NCBI GenBank assembly: GCA_965368975.1
Contig: CBDUPA010000001.1
Span: 576,001-640,000, forward strand
DNA length: 64,000 nucleotides
Source of the DNA: an uncultured bacterium
Lineage (GTDB): Bacteria; Acidobacteriota; Thermoanaerobaculia; Multivoradales; JAHZIX01
Reading direction: 5' to 3'
Every line of letters begins with the position of its first letter. Within the stretch, counting starts at the first letter, position 1. The position numbers and the translations under genes are program-made. Shown here piece by piece: positions 22,284 through 34,435 of the stretch. The notes under the pieces were generated by a model. It was given only the letters and a program-made list of their open reading frames with translations, did no database searches and had not been told where the DNA came from.

Positions 22284-23555
22284 TCAGACGCTAGCGGCGC
22301 TCTGCTCGTCGACGATGCGCTCCAGACGACCGAGCAGGCGGTCGAGCTGGTCGACCATGGGGAGGGTAGAGCGCTCGCCCTGGGTTTCCCCGAGGACGTT
22401 GAGCCACAGGTCACGCTGGCTGTCGGCCAGCACCTCGGGGCGCAGGCGCAGACCGTGACGCTCGAAGATGGGCGTCAGTTCCGCTTGCCGTGTGCGCAGC
22501 TCGTGGAGTGTCGCTTCGTAGGCGTGTTGGCACAGCTCGCGCCGGCCGCGGAAGCTGAAGATGTTGCGGAAGAACATGCGGTAGTCGTCGCGCTTGGGCT
22601 CGAGCAGCACCACGTCGCGATCCGCGAAGGTGGTGTCGTAGCGTGCCATGCCGACGTCCAGGCGGGAATGTACGAGGGTGCGTACCGCCTGCGACAGGAC
22701 GGTTGGCAGACCTCGGTCGATCAACTTGCCGCGGCGCATGATGCCGGCCTCGACGGCACGCACCGTATCCACCGGCACGATGGGATTGACGCACAACAGC
22801 AGTTGCGCGCCCGCCTCCAGGGCGACCGAGGCGTGCAGCGTCTTGAGCAGGACGCCGTCGGCGTAGTGTCGGCCGTCGATCTCGACTGGTGAGTAGAGGC
22901 CGGGCAGCGCCGAGCTGGCCTGGATGGCGCGCGAGATCGGAATGTCATCGGCACCGGGTTCACCGAAGCGAATGGCCTCGCCCGAGTCGAGATCGGCGGC
23001 GACGACGACCAAGTGCTGTCCGAGCTCACGGAAGTCGTCGGTGCGGCCCGGAATGGTGAAGATCTTGTTCAGGTACTGCCGGATCGGTTCGTTGTCGAAC
23101 ACGCCGACCGGCAAGGCCTGCGACAGCCGCACCAGCGCCTCTTTGAGCGTCTGCTCGCCGCCGAGGTAGGCTCGGATGGCCTGGAGTAGCAGCCGGGGGA
23201 CGGTCAAGGCCCGCTGTCCCAGCTCTTTGACCGCGGGGGTGAAGAAGGTCTCGGGCACGAACGGGTGCTCCCCGGGTTCGCTCTTGACGATCGCCCGGCA
23301 CATCTGCGCTGTCGACAGCTGATTGGCCAGGCAGGCACCGATGAAGGCTCCGGCACTGACGCCGACGTAGACGTGGAGGTGGTTGAGGTCCAGCCCCTCG
23401 ACGGCTTCGTCGAGGGCCCGCAGCACACCGATCTCATAAATCGCGCCGCCGGGGCCGCCACCGGCGAGGGCCAGACCGATCGCCGTCGGGTCCGCGGCCG
23501 CCGTCGGGTCCGCGGGCGCGGATGGGTTGATGCTCGAGTTCGTCTTGTCAGCCAT
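22284..23555 (-). CDS. Patatin-like phospholipase/esterase in a PHA locus
   Basis: LAGGGPGG oxyanion loop, GVSAG nucleophile, ASSALPG, DG motif. Confidence 0.9.
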   Translation of the reverse strand: MADKTNSSINPSAPADPTAAADPTAIGLALAGGGPGGAIYEIGVLRALDEAVEGLDLNHLHVYVGVSAGAFIGACLANQLSTAQMCRAIVKSEPGEHPFVPETFFTPAVKELGQRALTVPRLLLQAIRAYLGGEQTLKEALVRLSQALPVGVFDNEPIRQYLNKIFTIPGRTDDFRELGQHLVVVAADLDSGEAIRFGEPGADDIPISRAIQASSALPGLYSPVEIDGRHYADGVLLKTLHASVALEAGAQLLLCVNPIVPVDTVRAVEAGIMRRGKLIDRGLPTVLSQAVRTLVHSRLDVGMARYDTTFADRDVVLLEPKRDDYRMFFRNIFSFRGRRELCQHAYEATLHELRTRQAELTPIFERHGLRLRPEVLADSQRDLWLNVLGETQGERSTLPMVDQLDRLLGRLERIVDEQSAASV

Positions 23556-23755
23556 ACCAACAACCCTCCTTCAAGAAACCGATGTCCCCAGACAGCCTCC
23601 GTCGGCAAGTGCGATTCTCGTCGAGTCCAGGCAGCTGTTGCTGCCATGGGTCCGACGCGGCCCAAGCCGCGGAATTGGGGGTGAGAAGCGAAGGACCGCG
23701 CTCCTTCGGTTCGAGGGGGGCTGGAACAGCCCCCCTGACGAAGTAAGAACTGGAT

Positions 23756-23788
23756 CCAAACGCCCGCGGCTAGGCCGCGGGCGTTTGG
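23756..23788 (-). terminator. Strong hairpin immediately after the phasin gene
   Basis: Perfect 15-bp stem CCAAACGCCCGCGGC-tag-GCCGCGGGCGTTTGG. Confidence 0.65.
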
Positions 23789-23794
23789 CCCAGT

Positions 23795-24196
23795 TCAGTT
23801 TGCGGCCGCCGTGGTCTTGGCCGTGGTCTTGGCCGGCGTCTTGGCTGGTGTCTTCAACTGGTCCACCTTGGCGGTCAGTTCCTCGACGCGCTTGGTCAGC
23901 TTCTGGATCTCGTCGCGGCTCGGCACACCCAGGCGGTGCAGCGTGCCGGTGACGCGCTCGTCGATCGTCGAGGTCAGGTTGTCCCAGGCCTTGTCAGCCG
24001 ACTTCTTGGCCTTGGTGACTTGCTCTTCGAACTGCTCCTTGTTGCGGCCCTCGAAGTCTTCGCCCTTGGCGACGAGCTTCTTGAACATCTTGCCGCCTTC
24101 TTCCTCGGCGGTGGCGAGGGCGCCCAGGCCGGCCAGCCAGATCTTGTTCGCGGCGTCGCGCAGTTCAGTTCCGGATTTCTTGCTCTTCTTGCTCAT
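23795..24196 (-). CDS. Phasin family PHA granule-associated protein (PhaI/PhaF-like)
   Basis: IWLAGLGA..EEGGK.F..LV.KGE and L.RLGVPSR.EI..L..RVEEL signatures; Lys/Ala/Thr tail. Confidence 0.9.
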   Translation of the reverse strand: MSKKSKKSGTELRDAANKIWLAGLGALATAEEEGGKMFKKLVAKGEDFEGRNKEQFEEQVTKAKKSADKAWDNLTSTIDERVTGTLHRLGVPSRDEIQKLTKRVEELTAKVDQLKTPAKTPAKTTAKTTAAAN

Positions 24197-24296
24197 GATG
24201 CACTCCTCAGCCGCTCTTGGCGGCTAGCTGTATTGCGGTCAGGTCTGTTTCCGTAGTCTCGGATTCGTCCGGCGCTGAAGTCGGCACAAGGCCTTC

Positions 24297-24875
24297 TCAG
24301 GCGGATGCTGAATCCTGACTCTTGGTGGCGGTGGTCTTCTTGGTCTTCGTTGCGGTCGTCTTGCCCGCGGCGGTCTTGCGACTCGTCTTGCGAGCTGGCT
24401 TGGCCTGCGTGGGCTGGTCGCTCGCGGTCGCCTGATCCGCCGTGGTGCTTGCCGGCTCGCTGTCCTGCTGGGTCTCGAGGTCGACCAGGGTCCGCTCCAA
24501 CTGTTCCAGCCGCTCGCGCAGCTGCTCCATCTCGTCGCGGGCCCGGCGCACGGGTCCCAGTTTGTCGATCGAGGCTCGCACCAAGCGATCAACGCCCTGC
24601 GAGACTTGCTCGACGCCGCTGCTCAGCGCCTGTTCGCCTCGACGGATCAGGTCGTGTAGCAGCTCGTTGGGCAGACGCGAGGTTCCCTTGCGACCACCTT
24701 CGAGGATGATCTGGGTCAGCGTCTGTGCGGTAACGTCCGTTCCAGTGGCGTTGTCGGCCACCTGAATTTCCTGCCCCTGACGCACCCACTCGGCGATTTC
24801 GTCCAGGGACACATAGCGGCTCTCTTCAGTGTCGTAGAGCTTGCGGCTTTCGTAGCGCTTGATCAGCCGTACCAT
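24297..24875 (-). CDS. phaR: PHA synthesis regulator with a PhaR-type DNA-binding domain
   Basis: IKRYESRKLYDTEESRYVSLDEI..TG.DVTAQTL.QII. Confidence 0.9.
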   Translation of the reverse strand: MVRLIKRYESRKLYDTEESRYVSLDEIAEWVRQGQEIQVADNATGTDVTAQTLTQIILEGGRKGTSRLPNELLHDLIRRGEQALSSGVEQVSQGVDRLVRASIDKLGPVRRARDEMEQLRERLEQLERTLVDLETQQDSEPASTTADQATASDQPTQAKPARKTSRKTAAGKTTATKTKKTTATKSQDSASA

Positions 24876-24912
24876 GGTGTGCGTCCTCTCGATTTCGGTT
24901 CATTGGATTCAT

Positions 24913-24984
24913 TGCCGCCTTGCGGCATGTTCAAGATACCGCGCTGCGGCATAGGTGTCAAGGGTTTCTTTCCGCACTGCGGCA
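24913..24984. promoter_or_regulatory. Three operator-like palindromes TGCCGC-N3-GCGGCA overlapping the phaR promoter
   Basis: TGCCGCCTTGCGGCA 24913, TACCGCGCTGCGGCA 24937, TTCCGCACTGCGGCA 24970. Confidence 0.7.
24933..24961 (-). promoter_or_regulatory. Sigma70 promoter of phaR
   Basis: TTGACA-N17-TATCTT on the minus strand. Confidence 0.75.
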
Positions 24985-25006
24985 AGGTCGTTGGCAGGTC
25001 GTGTGA

Positions 25007-26143
25007 TCAGCAACCGGCCAGACGGCGCCCGAGATGGCTCAGGGCCGTCAGATTCGTCGGCTCTTCCGTCATCACAGGCACTTCCAGCACGTCGTGACGA
25101 CCCCCCAGTAGCTGGCGCAGGCGGCTCAGACCCTGATGGTCTCGCTCGCCCAGCCAGGCGAGCAGGTCGAGGCCGGTGAGGGAGAGGCCCGCTTCAGGAT
25201 TGGTTGTGCCGCGTTGCGGCAAGTCCCTGGGCAGGTCGAGTTGCGGGTCGAGTTGCGGGTCGAGGCATGGGTGCACGCGGTTGACCACCAGCGGTCCCAG
25301 ATGGTGACCGGCTTCCTGTAGCTTGCGGGTAAAGAAGAGTGTGTCCGGAATACGTTCCTCGCCGGGACCGGAGACCAGCGTGAAGCGGGTATCGGCGGAG
25401 CGCAGCAGCGCCTGGACGCCCTCGGCGCGCTGGCGGAAGCCCTCGTAGAGCGGGGCGAAGGCCTGGAAGAACTCGACCATGTCGCGCAGGAAGTCGAGTC
25501 CGATCAGCTGGTCGAGCGTACTTTCGACCTTGCGCCGCAGCGGCCCCCAGAGCTTCAATTGTCCCTCGGCGTCGAACCAAGGTCGCATTGCCGCCTTGAG
25601 TACGGTGCTATCCAGAAAGCCGACGATGCGCTGCGGCGCTTCCAGGAAGTCGAGGGCCTGGCGCGTCGGCGGCGTGTCGAGCACGATGCGGGAGTAAGCA
25701 CCGCGCCGGTGGACCTCGAACAGACGCTCGACCGCCATGTACTCGAGAATGCCCGCGAGTGAGCCGGAGAGGTGGTGGTAGTAGCGATTGTTCAGGATGC
25801 GCTGGCGTGCCTCGTGGTCTGGCGCGTAGCGGTCGACCAGGCCATCGAAGGTCGACTGCGCATCGAGCAGGCTGGCAGCCAGCCGCCCCGGTTCGGTACC
25901 GGTATTTGGCTCCGCATCTAGCAGAGAACTCAGGTCGACGTCGACTTCGCGCTCCTTGGCCTCTTCCCCGACGCCGAGGGCATCCTTGAGTCGGTGCGAT
26001 GGGTCGAAGGTCATCACCAGCGTGTCGTGCCCTTGTCGCGCGAGCTCAACGCCGATGGCCGCCGCCAGCGTTGTCTTGCCGACACCGCCGGAGCCGACTA
26101 CGACGAGCAGTGGGACGTCGAACAGCGCTTGTGCCGCCGTCAT
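25007..26143 (-). CDS. ArsA/Get3 family ATPase (second of a pair)
   Basis: GSGGVGKTT, TFDP..RL, G.LEY.A.E.L, DTPPT, VVNR. Confidence 0.9.
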   Translation of the reverse strand: MTAAQALFDVPLLVVVGSGGVGKTTLAAAIGVELARQGHDTLVMTFDPSHRLKDALGVGEEAKEREVDVDLSSLLDAEPNTGTEPGRLAASLLDAQSTFDGLVDRYAPDHEARQRILNNRYYHHLSGSLAGILEYMAVERLFEVHRRGAYSRIVLDTPPTRQALDFLEAPQRIVGFLDSTVLKAAMRPWFDAEGQLKLWGPLRRKVESTLDQLIGLDFLRDMVEFFQAFAPLYEGFRQRAEGVQALLRSADTRFTLVSGPGEERIPDTLFFTRKLQEAGHHLGPLVVNRVHPCLDPQLDPQLDLPRDLPQRGTTNPEAGLSLTGLDLLAWLGERDHQGLSRLRQLLGGRHDVLEVPVMTEEPTNLTALSHLGRRLAGC

Positions 26144-27087
26144 GACGCCGCTCCGTCCGCGTCGTCGATGGAGGGCAGTGCTTCGATGCCGGCGAGCAGT
26201 TCCTGCCGCAGTGCGGCGACCAGCTCGGGTCCGCGCTCCAGTGGTAGCAAGGGTAGGCTCAGCTGAGGACCATCCCAGGCCGCCGCGAGCCGCCGCAGCT
26301 CACGTTCGTTGATGCGCCGGCGCCGGTGCCAGGCCGCCAGGGCCTCGTGGTTGGGCGAGTCAGCCGGCACATCGTCCAACCCTTCCGGCAACGGTGGGTA
26401 GAGGGCGTTCACCACCAGCAATTCCGGCTGCCGGCCCAGACGCTCGTCCATCGTGCGTCGCAGTTCTAGCGATTCCTGCACCGGCATCTCCTCGGCCAGT
26501 GCCACAACAACGATGCCCAGGCGCTGCGGATCGGCGACGAAGTCCGACAGATCGCGCGCCTTGCGGCCCACCGGCCCTTGTTGCAGTACTTCGGTGACCA
26601 GCAAGGGCGCCGCTAGCAGCGTGACCCCATGCCCGGTCGCTGGAGCGTCGAGAATCACGGTGTCGAAAGGACCGAGGCCGTCGTCTCCCCGCTCGCGAGT
26701 GCGTCGATCCGCGTAGTCGAGAATCGCCAGCTCCTTCAGCCCCGGCGCGCCTTCCGCGGTGTGGTGATATCCTGACGACTTGACGATCCGGTTGTAGACG
26801 AAGCCGTCTCCCATTTGATCGCGCACCAGCAGATCCAGGGCCTGTCGCGGCTTGAGGTTCTGCAGGTAAAGATGGCTACCTTGGTCGACCACATCGCCGC
26901 CGGACGGCGGCACCTGGAACAGCTGGTGGATGTTCTCGCGCGGGTCGATCTCGATGATCAGGACCGAGCGTCCGGCCTGCGTCAACGTCTGTGCCAACGC
27001 TGCCGAGACGGTCGACTTGCCGACACCTCCCTTGCCGGTGACGACGAGGAAGCTACGGTCGGCGAGCGAGTGGAGAAGGGGATGCAT
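26140..27087 (-). CDS. ArsA/Get3 family ATPase (first of a pair)
   Basis: GKGGVGKST, APGLKE, DAPATGH, EEMPVQE; 4-bp overlap with the next gene. Confidence 0.9.
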   Translation of the reverse strand: MHPLLHSLADRSFLVVTGKGGVGKSTVSAALAQTLTQAGRSVLIIEIDPRENIHQLFQVPPSGGDVVDQGSHLYLQNLKPRQALDLLVRDQMGDGFVYNRIVKSSGYHHTAEGAPGLKELAILDYADRRTRERGDDGLGPFDTVILDAPATGHGVTLLAAPLLVTEVLQQGPVGRKARDLSDFVADPQRLGIVVVALAEEMPVQESLELRRTMDERLGRQPELLVVNALYPPLPEGLDDVPADSPNHEALAAWHRRRRINERELRRLAAAWDGPQLSLPLLPLERGPELVAALRQELLAGIEALPSIDDADGAAS

Positions 27088-27127
27088 GATGGCTTGCCGC
27101 GCGGCGTGTGAGCGTTACGTCAGGGAA

Positions 27128-27142
27128 TGCCGCGCTGCGGCA
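27128..27142. promoter_or_regulatory. Operator-like palindrome matching the phaR boxes, upstream of the ArsA pair
   Basis: TGCCGCGCTGCGGCA 40 bp upstream of the ATG, just downstream of a possible TTGCCC-N16-GATACT promoter. Confidence 0.65.
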
Positions 27143-27233
27143 AGAGTATCGCAACGATCGAGGGTAGGGCAAGTCAGAAAACTGCGTAACTCAGGGGTGA
27201 GGCGGAGTGTGGGCATGGGGTACAGTGCATCCT

Positions 27234-28724
27234 ATGAGTACTCGCATCCGCATCGAAGACCGCAATCCCGACGGCCGTGGCCGTGGCTACGTCGGTAAGC
27301 CTCCCAACGCCAAGACGGTTCTCGTCTCGCAGGCTCACCCAGGCGAAGAGATCGCGCTGCGGCTCGACCGCAAGACGAAAGGGACGCTGCAAGGGCGAGT
27401 GCAGAAGCTGATCGAGCCGGATCTGCGCCGCATCCGGCACGACTGCCAGCACGAGTTCCACTGTACCGGCTGCCCGCTGCTGGCGGCGCATCCGGACGAG
27501 GAAGCGGGATTCAAGATGACTCGGGTACGGGCGGCGTTGCGGGATGCCGGGTTGCCGGAGAGTGACGAGGTCGTACAGCCGCTGGTGACGCCGGTGGGAC
27601 CCTTTCATTACCGGCACTATGCCAAGCAGGTGGCCGCGGTGCGGCGTGGCTTGGTGGTCTTGGGGTCCTATGTGGCCGGGACGCATCAGGTGGTGGACAA
27701 CTCGGGGTGCCCGGTTCTGGTGCCGGAGCTGGTGGTGTTGCTCGACGAGGTGGCGCGGCGGGCGACGGAGATGCGGCTGTCCGTGGACTACGCGCGGCGC
27801 GACGGGGAGGAGCAGACGGGATTGCGCTATGTCGTGGCGCGGCAGTCGCGGGCGACGGGTGAGCAGCTGCTGGTGTTGGTGACGTCGAACGAACACGTGG
27901 ACGCGGAACGAGACCTGGTCGACGGACTGCTCTTGGACTCGGCCTCCGTCTCCGGTCCCAAGCTGGTGGGGGCCTGCGTGCTGCGCAACCTGGGCGACGG
28001 CAATGTCTTGCTCGACGGTGACATCGTGTACCGCGTCGGTGCGGCCTTCCTGGTCGAGGAGCTAGCGGGATGTCGGCACCAGATCGGGCCGACGTCATTC
28101 TTCCAGATCAACCCGGCGGCCGCCGAGGTGTTGGTGCAGCGGGCGCTCGAGGATGCCCTGGGTGGGGTCCTCGATGGGGCAGCAGAGGAGGGTGAGCTGT
28201 GCCTGGAGGGCTTCGCAGGCGTCGGCGCTTTGACCTTGCCTTTGGCGCAGCGCTTCCGCAAGGTGCGCGCCGTGGAGGCGTCGTCCGAAGCGGTTGAACA
28301 TCTGCAGCGCGCTGCGGCTGAGCAGGGATTGGCGGACCGGCTGGAGGTTGCGACCGGCAAGGCGGAGGTGGTGATGCCGACCTGGCTGGCCGAGGCCGAG
28401 CCGTCGACGGTGGTGGTGCTCGACCCGCCACGCAAGGGGCTGGGCCCGAGACTGGCGTCGGCGCTGGCAGCGAGTCGGGTGCGGCGTGTGGTGCTGTTGT
28501 CATGTCAGCCCTCGACTCTGGCGGCGGATCTGCCGCCGCTGCGCGCAAGCGGCTTCGAGGTGATCCGCGTGACGCCGATCGACCAGTTTCCGCGCACCGG
28601 GCATGTCGAAACCGTGACACTCCTCGAACGGCCGATGGAGAACGGCGCGGCCAGCGGGTCCTCCGTCGAGTCCCCTGTCGGGTCCCCTGTCGAGGAGGGC
28701 TCTCGGGGCTTGTCTGGAAGCTGA
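27234..28724 (+). CDS. rlmD: 23S rRNA m5U methyltransferase (RlmD/TrmA family)
   Basis: C..F.CTGC Fe-S motif, SFFQIN, FAGVG, DPPRKG, SC.P, DQFPRTGHVE. Confidence 0.85.
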   Translation: MSTRIRIEDRNPDGRGRGYVGKPPNAKTVLVSQAHPGEEIALRLDRKTKGTLQGRVQKLIEPDLRRIRHDCQHEFHCTGCPLLAAHPDEEAGFKMTRVRAALRDAGLPESDEVVQPLVTPVGPFHYRHYAKQVAAVRRGLVVLGSYVAGTHQVVDNSGCPVLVPELVVLLDEVARRATEMRLSVDYARRDGEEQTGLRYVVARQSRATGEQLLVLVTSNEHVDAERDLVDGLLLDSASVSGPKLVGACVLRNLGDGNVLLDGDIVYRVGAAFLVEELAGCRHQIGPTSFFQINPAAAEVLVQRALEDALGGVLDGAAEEGELCLEGFAGVGALTLPLAQRFRKVRAVEASSEAVEHLQRAAAEQGLADRLEVATGKAEVVMPTWLAEAEPSTVVVLDPPRKGLGPRLASALAASRVRRVVLLSCQPSTLAADLPPLRASGFEVIRVTPIDQFPRTGHVETVTLLERPMENGAASGSSVESPVGSPVEEGSRGLSGS

Positions 28725-28757
28725 AAAGATGTACAATGGGTCTGTCCTTGGAAGACT

Positions 28758-31437
<2,680 letters not shown>

Positions 31438-31533
31438 TCGACCTTCACCAACTGAGTTGAGATACGGCGGTGTGGCCTTGGGCTGCGCCGCCGTTCTCGC
31501 TATGGGCCGTTCCAGGTACCGGTCCCCATTTGG

Positions 31534-32151
31534 CTACCGGCCAGTTTCCAGCTGCGCGCTGCGGTGCTGTCGGTGGTAGGCCCACAGACGCTGAGCAGCC
31601 GTGAACAGCGTCAGGACGGTGTAGGTCCATGCTAGCGCTGTGAACCAGCCGGGCACGAGCGCCATGACGAAGATCAGCAGGAAGCTCTCCGGTCGCTCGA
31701 TCAGGCTTGGCAGGTCGGCGTAGCCCTTGTGATTCCGGGTGCGCGTGAAGACACTGAGGATCAGGTAGGTGCTCATGTTGATGTAGAGGCTACTCAGCAT
31801 GGCCAGGGTCTCCCAGCCTCGTTCTGCCGGGGCGACGCTGAAGAGGCCGACTAGCAGGGCGGTATCAACGAAGCGATCGGCGATCGAGTCGAGGACGGCG
31901 CCGCTTTCGGATTGCACACCCGTGCGCCGGGCCAGGGCTCCGTCGAGACAATCCAGGTAGCCGGTCAGCAGGATCAGCACCAGGGCTGTGGCATGGTGGT
32001 CCCAGTAGAAGGCGGGCAGGACGGCCACGCCGCTCAGCAGGGACAGCATGGTGAGGACGTTGGGTGTCAGCCCCGGGACGCGGCGCAGCACCTGAACCGC
32101 GGGGTCGAAGAGCAAGCGAGCGAACAGGGGGCGCAGCTTGGGACCGATCAT
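31534..32151 (-). CDS. CDP-alcohol phosphatidyltransferase family protein
   Basis: TPN.LT and D..DG.LAR..G..S..G..LD...DR signature; GGAGG-like RBS. Confidence 0.9.
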   Translation of the reverse strand: MIGPKLRPLFARLLFDPAVQVLRRVPGLTPNVLTMLSLLSGVAVLPAFYWDHHATALVLILLTGYLDCLDGALARRTGVQSESGAVLDSIADRFVDTALLVGLFSVAPAERGWETLAMLSSLYINMSTYLILSVFTRTRNHKGYADLPSLIERPESFLLIFVMALVPGWFTALAWTYTVLTLFTAAQRLWAYHRQHRSAQLETGR

Positions 32152-32162
32152 GTGCGTGCCTC

Positions 32163-32520
32163 CTAGAACGTTGCCGCGCTGGAAACGGGGGAGAACCAAA
32201 GGACCAGGCGCGGCAGCAAGGGGATCAGCTGCGATAGCAAGAAAAGCAGCAGGTAGGCGCGGTGCCAACGTCGTTCCTCACTTTGCGCGAAGCCGAGTAC
32301 GCACAGCAGCGTGGCGAAGCCGCCGACCGGGGCGACCAGGTAGGTGGTGCCGAGGAAGAGAAGAAGGAGCAGCTCGCGCAAAGTCGCCGGTGAAACCTTG
32401 GCAGTCGCGGTGGCGTCCACAGGAAGAGGACGGCGAGTAGCGCTTCGATGACGAGAGTCCAGTACGACATCAGCACTGCCGTCCAGCGCAGGCGCGGACT
32501 CGAGGTGAGGACGGCGACCG
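32163..32520 (-). pseudogene. Frameshifted fragment of an integral membrane protein
   Basis: LRWTAVLMSYWTLVIEALLAVLFL in one frame continues as LRELLLLLFLGTTYLVAPVGGF in another; shift near 32381; no obvious 5' part. Confidence 0.55.
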
Positions 32521-32565
32521 CGTCGCTGCACACCACCGACGAACGAGGCCAGGCCCGCGAAGCGT

Positions 32566-33000
32566 TCAGGTGACCCGGGGGGGCTCCTCGGGCGGACTTC
32601 CAGGATGCCAGTGATAGTGCTGGACGCTGAGGCGCACGCGCGCCACTCTCGAACTGGCTCGTGCGGCGATCGTCGAGTTGGCCGGAAGTGGATGGCAGAT
32701 GGGCAGCGTCGCCGATGCCGATGCCGATGCCGATGCCGATCCCGATGCCGATCCCGACGCCGACTCCAGCTGCAGCGCGAGCCGACCCAGGGCCTCGGCC
32801 AGGGCCTGGAAGTCTCGCTCGTTGGGGCGAGTTCGCAGGCGCACCAGGCGCTCGGGCTCGCCCAGGCTCGGCCACGCCTCGGCGCTCAGCCGACAGGAGA
32901 TACCTTCGGTGGTCGTGACGACGCCGTACACCGCCGGCAAGCGCGCGAGCAGGGCCACGAGCCGCTGCCGTGAGCCCGCGTCGCGCAGGGGCACTTTCAT
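32566..33000 (-). CDS. Hypothetical protein with a Ser-Ala repeat
   Basis: ATG overlaps the stop of the glycosyltransferase-like gene. Confidence 0.45.
   Translation of the reverse strand: MKVPLRDAGSRQRLVALLARLPAVYGVVTTTEGISCRLSAEAWPSLGEPERLVRLRTRPNERDFQALAEALGRLALQLESASGSASGSASASASASATLPICHPLPANSTIAARASSRVARVRLSVQHYHWHPGSPPEEPPRVT
32711..32764. repeat. Hexanucleotide tandem repeat (GCCGAT)n, about 9 units
   Basis: Direct reading of GCCGAT/CCCGAT units. Confidence 0.9.
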
Positions 33001-34103
33001 CTCTCATGGACACGCTGGGCAACGTACCGTGGGTAGTCGGTGCCCGGCTCGCGCTCGAGCAAGTTTCGGTGCAGGCGTTCGAGCACCGCCAGGTCGAAGC
33101 CCGTGGCGCGCCAGGCTTCGTAGCGGATGCCGAAGCCCAGGTGTTCCCAGATGTCGGCATTCTTCTCTTCGGCATAGCCGAACGGGTCGAGCAGGATCAG
33201 GGGGGTGGCCGAGGCCAGGGAGTCGATCATGGTGCCGCCGCCGGGCTTGCTGATGACGGCGCGGCTGCGACGGACGGTGTCGAACAACTCGTGATGGCTG
33301 TCACGGTTGCGAAAACCGCCCTTGCCGTCACGCACCGGTCCGAAAGGCGGGAACTCGGCGCGCTCGCCGATCTCCAGTTGCCAGGCGGCCCAGCCGGGCC
33401 GCACCATGAAGCAACGGCTACCGTCAGCGACATCGTGGGTTTCCTCCAGCTCGTAAGCGAGGATATCGAGGTCGAAGCCGGCGGCCCGCAGCTCGGGGAT
33501 CAAGCGCTGGTAGTTGCCCAGGCCCCAGCCACCGCCGTGGATGACGAAGCGTGCCTCGCGCTGATCCCAGGGCAGCGGAGGTTGGTCGCCGACCGGGATC
33601 TCGAAGTCCAGGCGGCGCTCGTGCCAGGGCCAGAGCCAGACTTCCCGGCCGCTTTGCAGAAGTTCAGGTTCGAGATCGGCGTAGGGCTGGAACGAGGCCG
33701 AGACGACGGCGTCGATGCGGCACAGGTGGATGTCGCAGGCGATGCCGTCGCGCCGCTCTCGGTAGGCATCGAGAATCGGCAGCCAGAAGCCGGACCAGAC
33801 GAGGAAACGCCGCCGATCTTCCGCCTGCCAGCGAGCCAGCAGCTTCTCCAGGAGTCGCGGGTCGAGGCTGGGCCGGATGTCCTTGACCATGCGGTGGGCC
33901 ATCAGGGCGAGCGAGAAGTTCTTGTGGTAGGCCTTCTTGTGTTGCCAGAGCTTGGCGCGTTCCGTCGCCTGGTAGCAGCTCTCGATGACCTCGACCTCGG
34001 CGGCGACGCCCAGGGCTTCGAGCCGGCGGGCGACCAGCATGGCGGGAATGTAGACACCCAGATTGACGCCGGAGCCGAGGACGGAGACGGTAGCTTCACT
34101 CAT
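32997..34103 (-). CDS. GT-B fold glycosyltransferase-like protein
   Basis: N-terminal GSGVNLG loop; HGGGWG; A.ISKPGGGT..DS......L......E..NA as in the MurG/MGDG-synthase C-domain. Confidence 0.75.
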   Translation of the reverse strand: MSEATVSVLGSGVNLGVYIPAMLVARRLEALGVAAEVEVIESCYQATERAKLWQHKKAYHKNFSLALMAHRMVKDIRPSLDPRLLEKLLARWQAEDRRRFLVWSGFWLPILDAYRERRDGIACDIHLCRIDAVVSASFQPYADLEPELLQSGREVWLWPWHERRLDFEIPVGDQPPLPWDQREARFVIHGGGWGLGNYQRLIPELRAAGFDLDILAYELEETHDVADGSRCFMVRPGWAAWQLEIGERAEFPPFGPVRDGKGGFRNRDSHHELFDTVRRSRAVISKPGGGTMIDSLASATPLILLDPFGYAEEKNADIWEHLGFGIRYEAWRATGFDLAVLERLHRNLLEREPGTDYPRYVAQRVHER

Positions 34104-34134
34104 TCGGTGGCTTCAGCCGCGGGAGCGGTCTGAC

Positions 34135-34425
34135 TCATGTGCTGATGTGACAGGTGGCCGTGTCGGCTGCGGGCGTCGGCTCTCCTAGACGGTTCAGCGT
34201 GCCGAGGAACTGCGCCAGGCTGCCGAGCGACTGCAGTTGACTGAAGTCCATGCGGGCGAAGTCGATCTCGATCTGTAGCTGTTGTTCGATGCCGAGCATC
34301 AAGTGCAGCATCTCGAGCGAGTCGAGGCCGACGTCTTCGAGGATGTTGGTCGAGGCATCGAGAGTCGCGGCCAGGCCGGGTTGTCCCTTGATGTCTTCCA
34401 GGATGCTCTTGAGACCTTCGATCAT
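34135..34425 (-). CDS. Stand-alone acyl carrier protein
   Basis: DVGLDSLEML phosphopantetheinylation motif; GAGGG RBS. Confidence 0.9.
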   Translation of the reverse strand: MIEGLKSILEDIKGQPGLAATLDASTNILEDVGLDSLEMLHLMLGIEQQLQIEIDFARMDFSQLQSLGSLAQFLGTLNRLGEPTPAADTATCHIST

Positions 34426-34435
34426 GGTGGGTCCC

